In this document: positions 47,938 to 56,837 of the stretch, in pieces | Layout of the letters: each line of letters begins with the position of its first letter | Numbering within the stretch: position 1 is the first letter of the stretch | Assembly: GCA_903824785.1 (NCBI GenBank) | Contig: CAIJYD010000135.1 | Location: forward strand, 1,928-65,927 | Length of the DNA stretch: 64,000 nt | Origin: an uncultured Bacteroidota bacterium | GTDB lineage: Bacteria; Bacteroidota; Bacteroidia; Bacteroidales; VadinHA17 | Reading direction: 5' to 3' | The notes under the pieces: model-generated | The model's input: the letters and a program-made list of their open reading frames with translations, nothing else | Databases searched by the model: none | Told to the model about the DNA's origin: nothing | Position numbers and translations under genes: made by a program

Positions 47938-49899
47938 ATGATCTTTTTAAAACTGCAGTTTTTTATCCTGCTTCTCTTGCCTGCAATTGCTTCAGCCCAA
48001 TTAGCCGACGAGAGAAGAAAGATATTTGCACAGGCCGAGTCATATTACCTGTATGAAGAATATGAACTGGCCAATCAGCTATATCTTCTGCTGGAAGATC
48101 CTGACAATTCAAATATTAAATACAAAATAGGTACCTGTTATCTTAATATCCCGGGTGAAAAGGAAAAATCGATACCTTATTTACAGGAGGCGGTAAAAAC
48201 AGCAACCTATGATTCAAAACCAGAATCATTTAAAGAAAAAAGAGCTCCTCTTGATGCCTATTTCTCTCTGGCAAAAGCTTATATGATCAATAATGAACTT
48301 GAAAAAGGGCTGAATACACTTGTTACCTTCAATAAACTTGCACTGGAAACAAAATCCAAAGGAGGAATGAAAAACCTCGAATATATTGAACAACAGATTA
48401 AGGCATGCCGTAATGCCATTCAGTTTCGGGAGACCCCTGTTGTTTTCAATAAATCAAAACTTGGAGGCGATTTCAGCCAGGGTTCAATAAACATAAATCC
48501 TGCTATAAGTTTTGATGGGAATACAATTGTTTATACAGAAACCAGAGGTGAAGTTAATGTTATTTTCTTTTCAAGGAAGGAAAGAGGAAAATGGCAAACC
48601 CCCATTGAAATAACCGCAGAGATAAATGCCGGAGAAGATTGCTCATCATGTTCCCTTAACAAGGACGGGACGGAGCTGTTTCTATATAAAACAGATAATT
48701 ATGACGGCTCATTATATTCATCACAATATGAAAACGGAGCCTGGTCGCCTGTTAAAAAACTCAATAAAAATATTAATACAAAATTTTACGAATCCCATGC
48801 CTCAATTTCGGCTGACGGAAAAAAACTTTACTTTACCAGCAACAGGGATGGAGGCCAGGGTAACCTCGATATTTATGTTTCAGAAAAAGATGGGTCCGGT
48901 GACTGGGGCTCAGCTGTAAACCTTGGAGCTGCTGTAAATACACCATTTAATGAGGATACACCATTCATTACAAAGAATGATTCGGTACTCTATTTTTCTT
49001 CCGAAGGACATAGTTCAATGGGGGGGTTTGATAATTTCATGAGTCAGAAAACCGGATCGGGATGGAAAACCCCTGCCAACCTTGGCTATCCTATTAATTC
49101 TACTGACGATGATAAATTCTATCAGCCTCTAAACAATGGAATTAATGCCTACTATTCGATGATAACAGAATATAAAAAACGAGACATATTCTATCTGACA
49201 ATGGGAGGAGCTGAAGAGAAACAATTTTTTGAAATAAAAGGAAAATTCAGCCTTAACGACACTACTCTCACCTTTGATGAAAGCTATTCAATTCACCTTC
49301 TTGATGGAAATACAGGGGATACACTCGACGTCGGTTTCCCAAACAAATACACCGGCCTCTATAGCTTTTCTGTTACCCCCGGAAAATTCAGGTTAGTTTA
49401 TATCGGGATAGGATATTTCACTCAGAATATTGATACTGTAGTTTTGAAAGATAACCAGACCCTGGCAATAAATATTGATGTAAATCTTATACGGGATGTA
49501 ACTGTTCCCAGAATAAAAGAGCCTCCTCCACCTCCGCCACCTCCACTGCCTCCGGTCGTTTATGAAAAATTAAATCTTTCAGACATACCGGTTGTTGCAT
49601 CTATTGACACCAGTATTCTGATCAAAAACGTGAATCTCTCTGATGTCAGCGACGTTAACATAAAAGACTCTGATATTCTTTATTATACTGTTCAGGTGAT
49701 TGCGCTTCGCTCTTCAGTGGATGTAAGCTTCTTTAAATATATTACTGATATGAAAGTGATGTATAGCGAGTCTGATAAATTTTACCGCTATACCACCGGT
49801 GTGTTTGCTACCCGAGAGGAGGCCAACACCTTGAAATTAGAATTAATAATGAAAGGATATCCGGAAGAAATCTTTATCAAGAAAGTCTCGAAACAATGA
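47938..49899 (+). CDS. Envelope protein paralog 3: TPR-like region, PD40 repeats, beta-sandwich, poly-proline linker, C-terminal SPOR-like domain
   Basis: The core motifs match paralogs 1 and 2. PPPPPPPPLPP lies at nt 49522-49554. The C-terminus YYTVQVIALRS...FYRYTTGVFATREEANTLKLELIMKGYPEEIFI fits the SPOR pattern. Confidence 0.8.
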   Translation: MIFLKLQFFILLLLPAIASAQLADERRKIFAQAESYYLYEEYELANQLYLLLEDPDNSNIKYKIGTCYLNIPGEKEKSIPYLQEAVKTATYDSKPESFKEKRAPLDAYFSLAKAYMINNELEKGLNTLVTFNKLALETKSKGGMKNLEYIEQQIKACRNAIQFRETPVVFNKSKLGGDFSQGSININPAISFDGNTIVYTETRGEVNVIFFSRKERGKWQTPIEITAEINAGEDCSSCSLNKDGTELFLYKTDNYDGSLYSSQYENGAWSPVKKLNKNINTKFYESHASISADGKKLYFTSNRDGGQGNLDIYVSEKDGSGDWGSAVNLGAAVNTPFNEDTPFITKNDSVLYFSSEGHSSMGGFDNFMSQKTGSGWKTPANLGYPINSTDDDKFYQPLNNGINAYYSMITEYKKRDIFYLTMGGAEEKQFFEIKGKFSLNDTTLTFDESYSIHLLDGNTGDTLDVGFPNKYTGLYSFSVTPGKFRLVYIGIGYFTQNIDTVVLKDNQTLAINIDVNLIRDVTVPRIKEPPPPPPPPLPPVVYEKLNLSDIPVVASIDTSILIKNVNLSDVSDVNIKDSDILYYTVQVIALRSSVDVSFFKYITDMKVMYSESDKFYRYTTGVFATREEANTLKLELIMKGYPEEIFIKKVSKQ

Positions 49900-52538
49900 T
49901 AGCTGCGTTCAGGAAAATAGTTATTTTTTCTGTCCTTATTTTAAACTTTCATTCTCTCTCCTCACAGATTCTTTCCAAAAAAGAATTTATAAAAACTGTA
50001 CAGGAGGCAGATGTATTCTATTATTATAATGATGATTACGAAACGGCTTCCCATCTGTATGAAAAACTTTTTAACGTTTATCCCGATAATTGCAACCTTT
50101 CTGCAAAACTTGGAATATGCTATTTAAACATCGAGGGGAAAAAAGCTGATGCCCTACGACTTCTGGAAAAGGCAAAAGGAAATGTGGTAGCCAATGATAA
50201 TGAGTACATTGAATATGGCGAAAAAGCACCATTGGACACCTATCTCTACCTTGCAATTGCTTATCATCAGAATGATAGTCTCAATAAAGCCATTTCCCTT
50301 TTTTATGAAGCCAAAAGAAAACTGGGGAAAACTGAAGTTTTCCGTGAGGATTATATTGACAACCAGATAAGAGCCTGCAGGTACTCCATTGAAATGCAAA
50401 AAAAACCCTTGCCTGTCGTAGCTACCCTCTTCACACCCTGGCTCGACAAATATCCGGGAGCTTCAAATCCGGTAATATCAAAAAACGATTCAGTATTTGT
50501 TTTCACGCAACAGGAAAATGATACAACCCGCATATTATGTTCCTATAAATCAGGCGTATGGAAATTGCCTTCAGATATAACAGCCCAGCTTGGATCGAAA
50601 AATAAGATATACTCCAACTCTATTACAGGTGATGGAAAACTGTTAATAATTTACATGGACGAAAATGGCGACGGGAATCTCTATTTCAGTCAGAGAAAAG
50701 ACTCGGTATGGACCAGGTTAAAAAGTTTAGGTAAGAATATTAATACTATCTATTGGGAAGCTCACGGCTATATTACACCGGATGGGAAAACACTCATATT
50801 TGCAAGCAACAGGCCCGGAGGCGAAGGTGAATTAGATCTCTGGATCTCTGAAAAAGATAATAATGGTTTATGGAAAAAACCTCTCAATTGCGGCAAAATA
50901 ATTAATACCCCCTATAATGAAAACACCCCGTTCTATGACCCGGAGACAAATGAAATGCTCTTCAGTTCAGCAGGACATCCGGGTATGGGAGGATATGATA
51001 TTTTCCGGACTAAAAATATAAATGGAAACTGGTCGCATCCAATCGGATTACCTTATGCTCTGAATAATACAACAGATAATACCTTCTTTATTCCAAATGG
51101 CAATTCTGCAGGATTTATATCCAGCTTCTTTGATGTGAAAACCGGTGCACTGAATATCTATTCAATTGTCAAAGAAGACCTTGCAAATAAGAATATTCTT
51201 GTCAAAGGCTATATTTCCCTTCAGGATGGCATGCCGGTAAATCCCAGTCTTATCAACATACAACTATATGACCAGAAGAGCGGTGCCCCTCTGAAGAACA
51301 TACCTCTTGCTGAGAAATCATCGTTCAAATTCGAAATAAAACCCGGTGACTTCCGCATCCTGGTAAGCCATATCGGTTATAAGACAGATACCATTAATCT
51401 GAATATGAGAAATGATACACTGGCATCCAACAAATTGATGAGAGATACAGCATTTTTTAATTTTGAAGTCAAACCGGGTGATTATATGCTTCTTACAAGC
51501 CACACCGGATATAAGACCGATACTTTTAATCTGAACATAACTGTTAATTCCACAGGCAACTATCTCCCTGTCAATGCCGCACTGATCCCCGATAAGGTAT
51601 TCTCAGGTGAATTCCTGTCAGTTAAGAATATCCTCTTTGAATTCGACAAATCTGAACTGACAGATAAAGCTATATCTACCCTGGAAGTTATTAAGTCTGT
51701 TCTTGTAAACAATCCTGAATTAAAAATTGAAATTGCTGGTTATACCGATGAAAAAGGAAGTAACTGGTATAATATGTACCTTTCCGACAAAAGAGCTCAG
51801 ACTGCTATCAACTACCTTTCTGCTTCAGGAATCTCAGCGTCTAGACTCATAAAGAAAGCTTTTGGAAAGACAAATTTCATTTCGATTAATACCAATCCTG
51901 ACGGTACAGATAACCCTGAAGGAAGAAAATATAACAGGAGAGTCACATTTGGGATCATTGATCCGCACACCGGGGTAGTAATAAGGCAGGAAACTTATAC
52001 TCCGGAGCATCTGAGACAACCCTCCTCAATAAAATATTATATCGTTCTTGCTAAATCAGAAAAAAATCTCGCTACTTCTTATTTCAAAGAACTTGAAATG
52101 GAAGAGCTGCAGTTTATGAAATCAGTTAAGCTCGATTCAATTTCCATATACACCCTTGGGGAATTTTATAATAAGGCTGATGCTTTAAAATATCTTGTTT
52201 ATGCCCAGGAAAAAGGGTTCAAAGATGCTTATATCGTTACCCAGTATGAAATCAATAATACGTCAAAAACTTTAATGGAACCGGAACTGAAAAGCAGGAA
52301 AATCAGTGTGACAGGTTATACAATTCAGCTTAAGTCGTCAAAACAACAACTTAGTATGAATATGTTCAAAGATGTTGCAGGGGTAAAGGAAATAGCCTCT
52401 TCCGACGGATATTACAGATATATTTATGGGGATTATAAATCGTATATTAAAGCAAAAGAAGAACTTACAAAAATTCATGAATCAGGATTTAAAGATGCAT
52501 TTATAAGAGATTCCGGCCCCCTGTTAAATAATAGATAA
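49896..52538 (+). CDS. Envelope protein paralog 4: TPR-like region, PD40 repeats, two beta-sandwich repeats, OmpA/Pal-like peptidoglycan-binding domain, two SPOR-like domains
   Basis: The core motifs match the other paralogs. OmpA_C domain at about 51612-51956 (ILFEFDKSELTD...IAGYTDEKGSNWYNMYLSDKRAQ...NRRVTF). SPOR-like regions at about 52030-52250 and 52313-52515. The ATGA start overlaps the stop of paralog 3. Confidence 0.85.
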   Translation: MIAAFRKIVIFSVLILNFHSLSSQILSKKEFIKTVQEADVFYYYNDDYETASHLYEKLFNVYPDNCNLSAKLGICYLNIEGKKADALRLLEKAKGNVVANDNEYIEYGEKAPLDTYLYLAIAYHQNDSLNKAISLFYEAKRKLGKTEVFREDYIDNQIRACRYSIEMQKKPLPVVATLFTPWLDKYPGASNPVISKNDSVFVFTQQENDTTRILCSYKSGVWKLPSDITAQLGSKNKIYSNSITGDGKLLIIYMDENGDGNLYFSQRKDSVWTRLKSLGKNINTIYWEAHGYITPDGKTLIFASNRPGGEGELDLWISEKDNNGLWKKPLNCGKIINTPYNENTPFYDPETNEMLFSSAGHPGMGGYDIFRTKNINGNWSHPIGLPYALNNTTDNTFFIPNGNSAGFISSFFDVKTGALNIYSIVKEDLANKNILVKGYISLQDGMPVNPSLINIQLYDQKSGAPLKNIPLAEKSSFKFEIKPGDFRILVSHIGYKTDTINLNMRNDTLASNKLMRDTAFFNFEVKPGDYMLLTSHTGYKTDTFNLNITVNSTGNYLPVNAALIPDKVFSGEFLSVKNILFEFDKSELTDKAISTLEVIKSVLVNNPELKIEIAGYTDEKGSNWYNMYLSDKRAQTAINYLSASGISASRLIKKAFGKTNFISINTNPDGTDNPEGRKYNRRVTFGIIDPHTGVVIRQETYTPEHLRQPSSIKYYIVLAKSEKNLATSYFKELEMEELQFMKSVKLDSISIYTLGEFYNKADALKYLVYAQEKGFKDAYIVTQYEINNTSKTLMEPELKSRKISVTGYTIQLKSSKQQLSMNMFKDVAGVKEIASSDGYYRYIYGDYKSYIKAKEELTKIHESGFKDAFIRDSGPLLNNR

Positions 52539-52553
52539 TAAAGTGTGCTCATT

Positions 52554-53075
52554 ATGAAATCTAAAGAAATCAAGCTTCGTGCTCTTGAGCCGGAAGATCT
52601 GGAACTTCTTTATATCTGGGAAAATAACGATTCCTACTGGATGCTCAGCAATACCGTTACTCCATTTTCAAAGTATACTCTCAAACGATATCTTGAAAAT
52701 TCACATAAGAATATCTATGAAACAGGCCAGTTAAGGCTTATGATAGATCATATTCAGGATAAGATAACCATAGGAACAATTGATATTTTTGATTTTGACC
52801 CGTTCCATAAAAGAGCCGGACTGGGAATACTTATCGCCAACGAGGCCTACAGGAGAAAAGGGTATGCTTCCATGGCACTGAGTTCAATTATCAGTTATTG
52901 TTTCAAAACACTTCAGCTGCATCAGCTATTCTGCAACATCCTGGCAACCAACTGTGAAAGCATTGATCTGTTTAAAAAACAGGGGTTTATCCAGACCGGC
53001 GTGAAGAAGGAGTGGGTAAAGACATCTGATGGCTATCTGGACGAATCAATCTACCAGCTTATCAATAAGGATTAA
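52554..53075 (+). CDS. GNAT-family N-acetyltransferase (RimJ/RimL-like)
   Basis: LRALEPEDLELLYIWEN...GILIANEAYRRKGYASMAL...A.N..S..LF.K.GF pattern. I used the ATG at 52554. Confidence 0.8.
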   Translation: MKSKEIKLRALEPEDLELLYIWENNDSYWMLSNTVTPFSKYTLKRYLENSHKNIYETGQLRLMIDHIQDKITIGTIDIFDFDPFHKRAGLGILIANEAYRRKGYASMALSSIISYCFKTLQLHQLFCNILATNCESIDLFKKQGFIQTGVKKEWVKTSDGYLDESIYQLINKD

Positions 53076-53085
53076 CAATTTACCA

Positions 53086-54102
53086 TTATTTTAATCCGGC
53101 TGCCAGAAGTCCGCAGGCAGCTGAAATATCTGAGCCACGCGATTTGCGGACTGAGGCAGATATCCCTGAAACAATCAGGTTATGTTTGAAATACTGCATT
53201 CTTTCAGAGGAAGATGAAGTGTTTGGATCGTTCGTAACAGGATGATACGGCAGAAGGTTTACACGTATTCCTGATGATCCGACAAGAATCTTAAGCTCTT
53301 CAAGATGGCTGTCAGAATCGTTCCACGCATTTATCATTACATAAGCCAGACTGAATCTCCTTTTTTTCTCACGGGGATACCTTTTCATCATCTCAATTAT
53401 CGTGTAAACGGGATAATGAAACTCTGCCGGAACAACAGACTTCCGTTCTTCTGCAAACGGTGAGCCCAGGCTCAGTGTCAGATTGCAGAGAGAACTCCTG
53501 AGAAAAGTCTCAACACCCGATGTTAAACCAACCGTTGAAACAGTTACATTCCTTGGACTCAATGCCAGACCCCATTCTGCAGTAAGTATTTCACATGCCT
53601 TCAGAACATTTTCAATATTATCCATTGGCTCTCCCATACCCATAAATACAACATGGGTAATTTTTTCTGCATCCGGTAAACTTATTACCTGATTAATGAT
53701 CTCTCCGGCTGTAAGGTTGCCCCGGAAACCATACCTTGCCGTAGCGCAGAAACGACAACCCATGCGACAACCCGACTGGGTTGAAACACAAATTGTATTT
53801 CGTTTTGCGTCCGGAATACAAACTGTTTCATACTCCTTACCCGTATCAGTTCTGAAGAGATATTTTACTGTTTTATCGGCTGATATTTCATAAGCTGCCG
53901 GTTGGAATATTCCACTAAATGAAAATGATTCCAGCTCATCCCTGAGTTTCTGTGGAATTTTAGCGAAACCTGAAATCTCCTCTCTCCTTTTTTTGTAAAT
54001 ACTATTTGTTATTGAAACTGCATGGCTAAGGTTGAAACCTGAAGGACTGATAAGATTATAAATCTCCTCAGCAGTTAATCCACAAAGACTTTTCTTAACC
54101 AT
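53086..54102 (-). CDS. rlmN: RlmN/Cfr-family radical SAM rRNA/tRNA adenine methyltransferase, most likely housekeeping RlmN
   Basis: CVSTQSGCRMGCRFCAT...MGMGEPMDN...TVSTVG...RVNLLPYH...RKSRGSDISAACGLL. The usual SLH(A/S)P motif reads SLGSP here. Confidence 0.75.
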   Translation of the reverse strand: MVKKSLCGLTAEEIYNLISPSGFNLSHAVSITNSIYKKRREEISGFAKIPQKLRDELESFSFSGIFQPAAYEISADKTVKYLFRTDTGKEYETVCIPDAKRNTICVSTQSGCRMGCRFCATARYGFRGNLTAGEIINQVISLPDAEKITHVVFMGMGEPMDNIENVLKACEILTAEWGLALSPRNVTVSTVGLTSGVETFLRSSLCNLTLSLGSPFAEERKSVVPAEFHYPVYTIIEMMKRYPREKKRRFSLAYVMINAWNDSDSHLEELKILVGSSGIRVNLLPYHPVTNDPNTSSSSERMQYFKHNLIVSGISASVRKSRGSDISAACGLLAAGLK

Positions 54103-54195
54103 TTCTGACTGATATTTGCAAAAATAAGCCGATTATCGATATCTTGTCATTTAATATCTGAAGAGATGAGAGTATTCATTAAAAACCTGTAAAAA

Positions 54196-55266
54196 ATGAA
54201 TAACTGGAAGTCACTATATATCTACTTTATATCCGGAACCGGGAATGCTAAAGCTTCTTCAGAATGGATCGCGGATGAAGCAAAGAAAAAAGGATTAAAA
54301 ACTGTTATACAGCAGATTGACAGGCTTGAGAACATTGTCATGCCCGATTCTGATGAGAAGCCTCTTATAGGGTTTGCTTTCCCCACCCACGGTTTTAATG
54401 CGGCTCCAATAATGCTGAAATTCATTGCCGGTTTTCCTCGGGGGTTGAGCAATGAAGTTTTTCTTCTGAATACACGGGCAGGAATGAAAATTTCAAGACT
54501 ATTTCTTCCGGGATTAAGCGGTGTTGCCCTAATGCTTCCTGCCTTTATGCTCATGCTAAAGGGCTATAAATGCATTGGTTTCAGGCCGGTTGACCTTCCT
54601 TCAAACTGGATTCCTCTTCACCCGGCAATAAAGAAAAAAGTGGTTGAGTCGATTTTTGCAAGATGTGAAAAAATTGTACGAGGTTTTGCAGGGAAACTTC
54701 TTTCCGGAAAAAAGGTCTACCGCGGCCTCTTCAGTCTGCCTGTAGACCTATTGATAAGCCCTGTAGCCTTTGGTTATTACTTTGCCGGAAGGTTCTTTCT
54801 GTCGAAGACATTTATTGCCAGCTATAAATGCAATCGGTGCGGGTTATGTATCAAGGAGTGCCCGACTTCATCAATTAAGTATGTAAATGAGAGGCCCTAC
54901 TGGAAGCTGACATGTGAAAGCTGTATGAGGTGCCTTAACAGATGCCCGGAGAAAGCAATTGAGGCTGCACATGGAATGGCTGCAGTTTTCTGGCTCATCT
55001 TCACTCTAATAAATGCCCGTATCATTATCCTCATAATAAATACTCTTAATATTCAACCGGAAGTCTGGTGGTGGAAACTGGCTACCGAGGTGATTAGTAT
55101 AATAGGCATGATCCTTATAACCTCAGGATTGTACAGGATAATGCACTATGCAATGGGATTCAGGCCGGTAAAATATTTCATAAGGTTTACATCACTCACA
55201 GCCCTTCCATTCTGGAGAAGGTTTGTATTTATTAAAAAAAACAAGAAAAATCATAATCTCATCTGA
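54196..55266 (+). CDS. EFR1-like ferredoxin: flavodoxin-like N-terminus, two 4Fe-4S motifs, C-terminal membrane segments
   Basis: CNRCGLCIKECP and CESCMRCLNRCP motifs. Three hydrophobic segments follow (AVFWLIFTLINARIIILII..., VISIIGMILITSGL...). Confidence 0.7.
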   Translation: MNNWKSLYIYFISGTGNAKASSEWIADEAKKKGLKTVIQQIDRLENIVMPDSDEKPLIGFAFPTHGFNAAPIMLKFIAGFPRGLSNEVFLLNTRAGMKISRLFLPGLSGVALMLPAFMLMLKGYKCIGFRPVDLPSNWIPLHPAIKKKVVESIFARCEKIVRGFAGKLLSGKKVYRGLFSLPVDLLISPVAFGYYFAGRFFLSKTFIASYKCNRCGLCIKECPTSSIKYVNERPYWKLTCESCMRCLNRCPEKAIEAAHGMAAVFWLIFTLINARIIILIINTLNIQPEVWWWKLATEVISIIGMILITSGLYRIMHYAMGFRPVKYFIRFTSLTALPFWRRFVFIKKNKKNHNLI

Positions 55267-55319
55267 AGGCGGGAAGAAGACAAATATTTATTATTTTTGT
55301 CGGCCTTTAACGGGCAAAA

Positions 55320-55408
55320 GGAGAGATGGCAGAGTGGTCGAATGCGGCGGTCTCGAAAACCGTTGTTCGCCTTCCGGCGAACCGGGGGTTCGAATCCCTT
55401 TCTCTCCG
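55320..55408 (+). tRNA. tRNA-Ser (anticodon CGA)
   Basis: Manual fold. Acceptor GGAGAGA/TCTCTCC. 3-bp D stem. Anticodon stem GCGGT/ACCGT with loop CTCGAAA (CGA). Long variable arm TTCGCC-ttcc-GGCGAA. T loop GGTTCGAATCC. Discriminator G. CCA is not encoded. Confidence 0.9.
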
Positions 55409-55421
55409 CAACACCTGAACT

Positions 55422-55455
55422 AACCATCCGCCAAAAGGCGGATGGTTTTGTTTTT
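55422..55455 (+). terminator. Rho-independent terminator after tRNA-Ser
   Basis: 11-bp perfect stem AACCATCCGCC / GGCGGATGGTT with loop AAAA, followed by TTGTTTTT. Confidence 0.8.
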
Positions 55456-55519
55456 AAATGACCGAATAAAACAAAACATACCGCGTAGCGGGTTTGTTCA
55501 GGTGTTGCAAGGTTTCACC

Positions 55520-56797
55520 TTACAACAGTATCCCGGCAAGGGAAGCAGAAATATATGACGCCATTGTTCCGCAAAGCATCGCTTTAAACCCAAGGCTGGC
55601 AAGATCGGCTTTTCGACCCGGGACAAGCACGCCAATTCCTCCAAGTTGTATAGCTATTGAACTGAAATTGGCAAATCCGCAGAGGGCAAAGCTTGCAATT
55701 ACAACAGATTTTGCGCTCAGGGCACCTTGCTGTATCATAGGGGAGAGATCGGAATATGCAACAAACTCGTTTATCACCATTTTTGTCCCCATAAGTGACC
55801 CCACATTAAGGGATTCAGCCGGGGGCACTCCCATAAGTATTGCAAAAAGGCTAAAGAACGCTCCAACAACATCTTTGAGACGAAGATTATCAACATTCAG
55901 ACTCAAGGCATCAAGGGAGACTCCTATCCATGACAGAAAATGGCCGAAGTATCCTAAAATTGCATCCACAAAGGCTATAAGGGCAATTACACCGATGAGC
56001 ATGGCAATAACGTTGATGGAGATCTTCATTCCATCACTTGCCCCATGCGAGATGGCGTCCATAATATTTGAATGTTCCTTTTTAACCTCCAGTTTTATTA
56101 TCCCTTTTGTTTCTGACTCTTCAGTCTCGGGAAAAACAATTTTCGAAATGACCAATGCCCCCGGAGCAGCCATAAGGCTTGCTGCAAGCAGATATGATGC
56201 AGGTACTCCCATAGAAATATAAACAGCCATTACACCACCTGCGATACAGGCCATACTGCCGGTCATCGATGCAAGCAGCTCCGATTTTGTCATTCCTGAA
56301 AGATATGGACGTATCATTATCTGGGCTTCCACCTGACCAACAAAAGCGCTGGCAACATTCGACAATGCTTCACTCCCGCTGACTCTCATTGCCCAATGTA
56401 CAAAGCGTGCAATTACTGCAATTACCCTTTGCATCAGTCCAACATGGTAAGCCATTGCAACCAGTACGCAGACAAAGATTATTGTCGGAAGAAGAATGAA
56501 TATAAAGACACCGCTTTTTACAATACCTTCGGGCAGGATTTGGGTTATTCTTGTAAGGTCGCCGAAGACAAACAGTCCTCCCTCCTTTGAAAAATCCAAA
56601 AGTTTATTAATTGCTTTTCCGAGCCAGTAGAAAATATCCTGACCAATAGGAACTTTAAGTATAAAAATTGCTAAGGTGATCTGCAAAATCAACCCTGTAA
56701 TTACAAGACGGTAATTAATCTTCTTCCGGTTGTTCGACCACAAATAAGCCAGTCCGAGGATAACAATAATCCCTATAACGCCAGTAAATCTTCCCAT
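55520..56797 (-). CDS. NupC/NupG-family concentrative nucleoside transporter
   Basis: 425 aa multi-pass membrane protein with a CNT-like N-terminus (GIIVILGLAYLWSNNRKKINYRLV) and conserved C-terminal half (NEFVAY...GFANFSSI). Confidence 0.85.
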   Translation of the reverse strand: MGRFTGVIGIIVILGLAYLWSNNRKKINYRLVITGLILQITLAIFILKVPIGQDIFYWLGKAINKLLDFSKEGGLFVFGDLTRITQILPEGIVKSGVFIFILLPTIIFVCVLVAMAYHVGLMQRVIAVIARFVHWAMRVSGSEALSNVASAFVGQVEAQIMIRPYLSGMTKSELLASMTGSMACIAGGVMAVYISMGVPASYLLAASLMAAPGALVISKIVFPETEESETKGIIKLEVKKEHSNIMDAISHGASDGMKISINVIAMLIGVIALIAFVDAILGYFGHFLSWIGVSLDALSLNVDNLRLKDVVGAFFSLFAILMGVPPAESLNVGSLMGTKMVINEFVAYSDLSPMIQQGALSAKSVVIASFALCGFANFSSIAIQLGGIGVLVPGRKADLASLGFKAMLCGTMASYISASLAGILL

Positions 56798-56829
56798 TAA
56801 ATTATCGGTTAAATAAAATAGTCTTCTTC

Positions 56830-56837
56830 AAACCTAC
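56830..56837 (-). promoter_or_regulatory. Candidate -7 box (TAGGTTTG on the minus strand) for the nucleoside transporter
   Basis: The plus strand reads CAAACCTA, 33 nt upstream of the ATG at 56797. Confidence 0.4.

Noticed and set aside
53086-54102. Cfr-like antibiotic-resistance methyltransferase
   Set aside because: The protein is RlmN/Cfr family, but RlmN and Cfr cannot be separated by eye. Its layout and several motifs (SPF after the SL-x-S motif, RVNL..(F/Y)H, R.SRG.DI.AACG.L) resemble what I recall of housekeeping Bacteroidota RlmN. There is no mobile-element context. The SLGSP variant of the SLH(A/S)P motif is noted but is not enough to claim a new function. A phylogeny with reference RlmN and Cfr sequences would settle it.
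55260-55520. tRNA-Ser as an integration hotspot for a genomic island
   Set aside because: There is no integrase, no direct repeat of the tRNA 3' end and no compositional break next to the tRNA. The flanking genes are ordinary.
55494-56222. 242 aa plus-strand ORF
   Set aside because: It lies entirely antisense to the well-supported nucleoside transporter gene. Its Ala/Ser/Pro/Ile-rich translation is the mirror image of a membrane protein and has no motifs. It also starts inside the transporter's 3' end.
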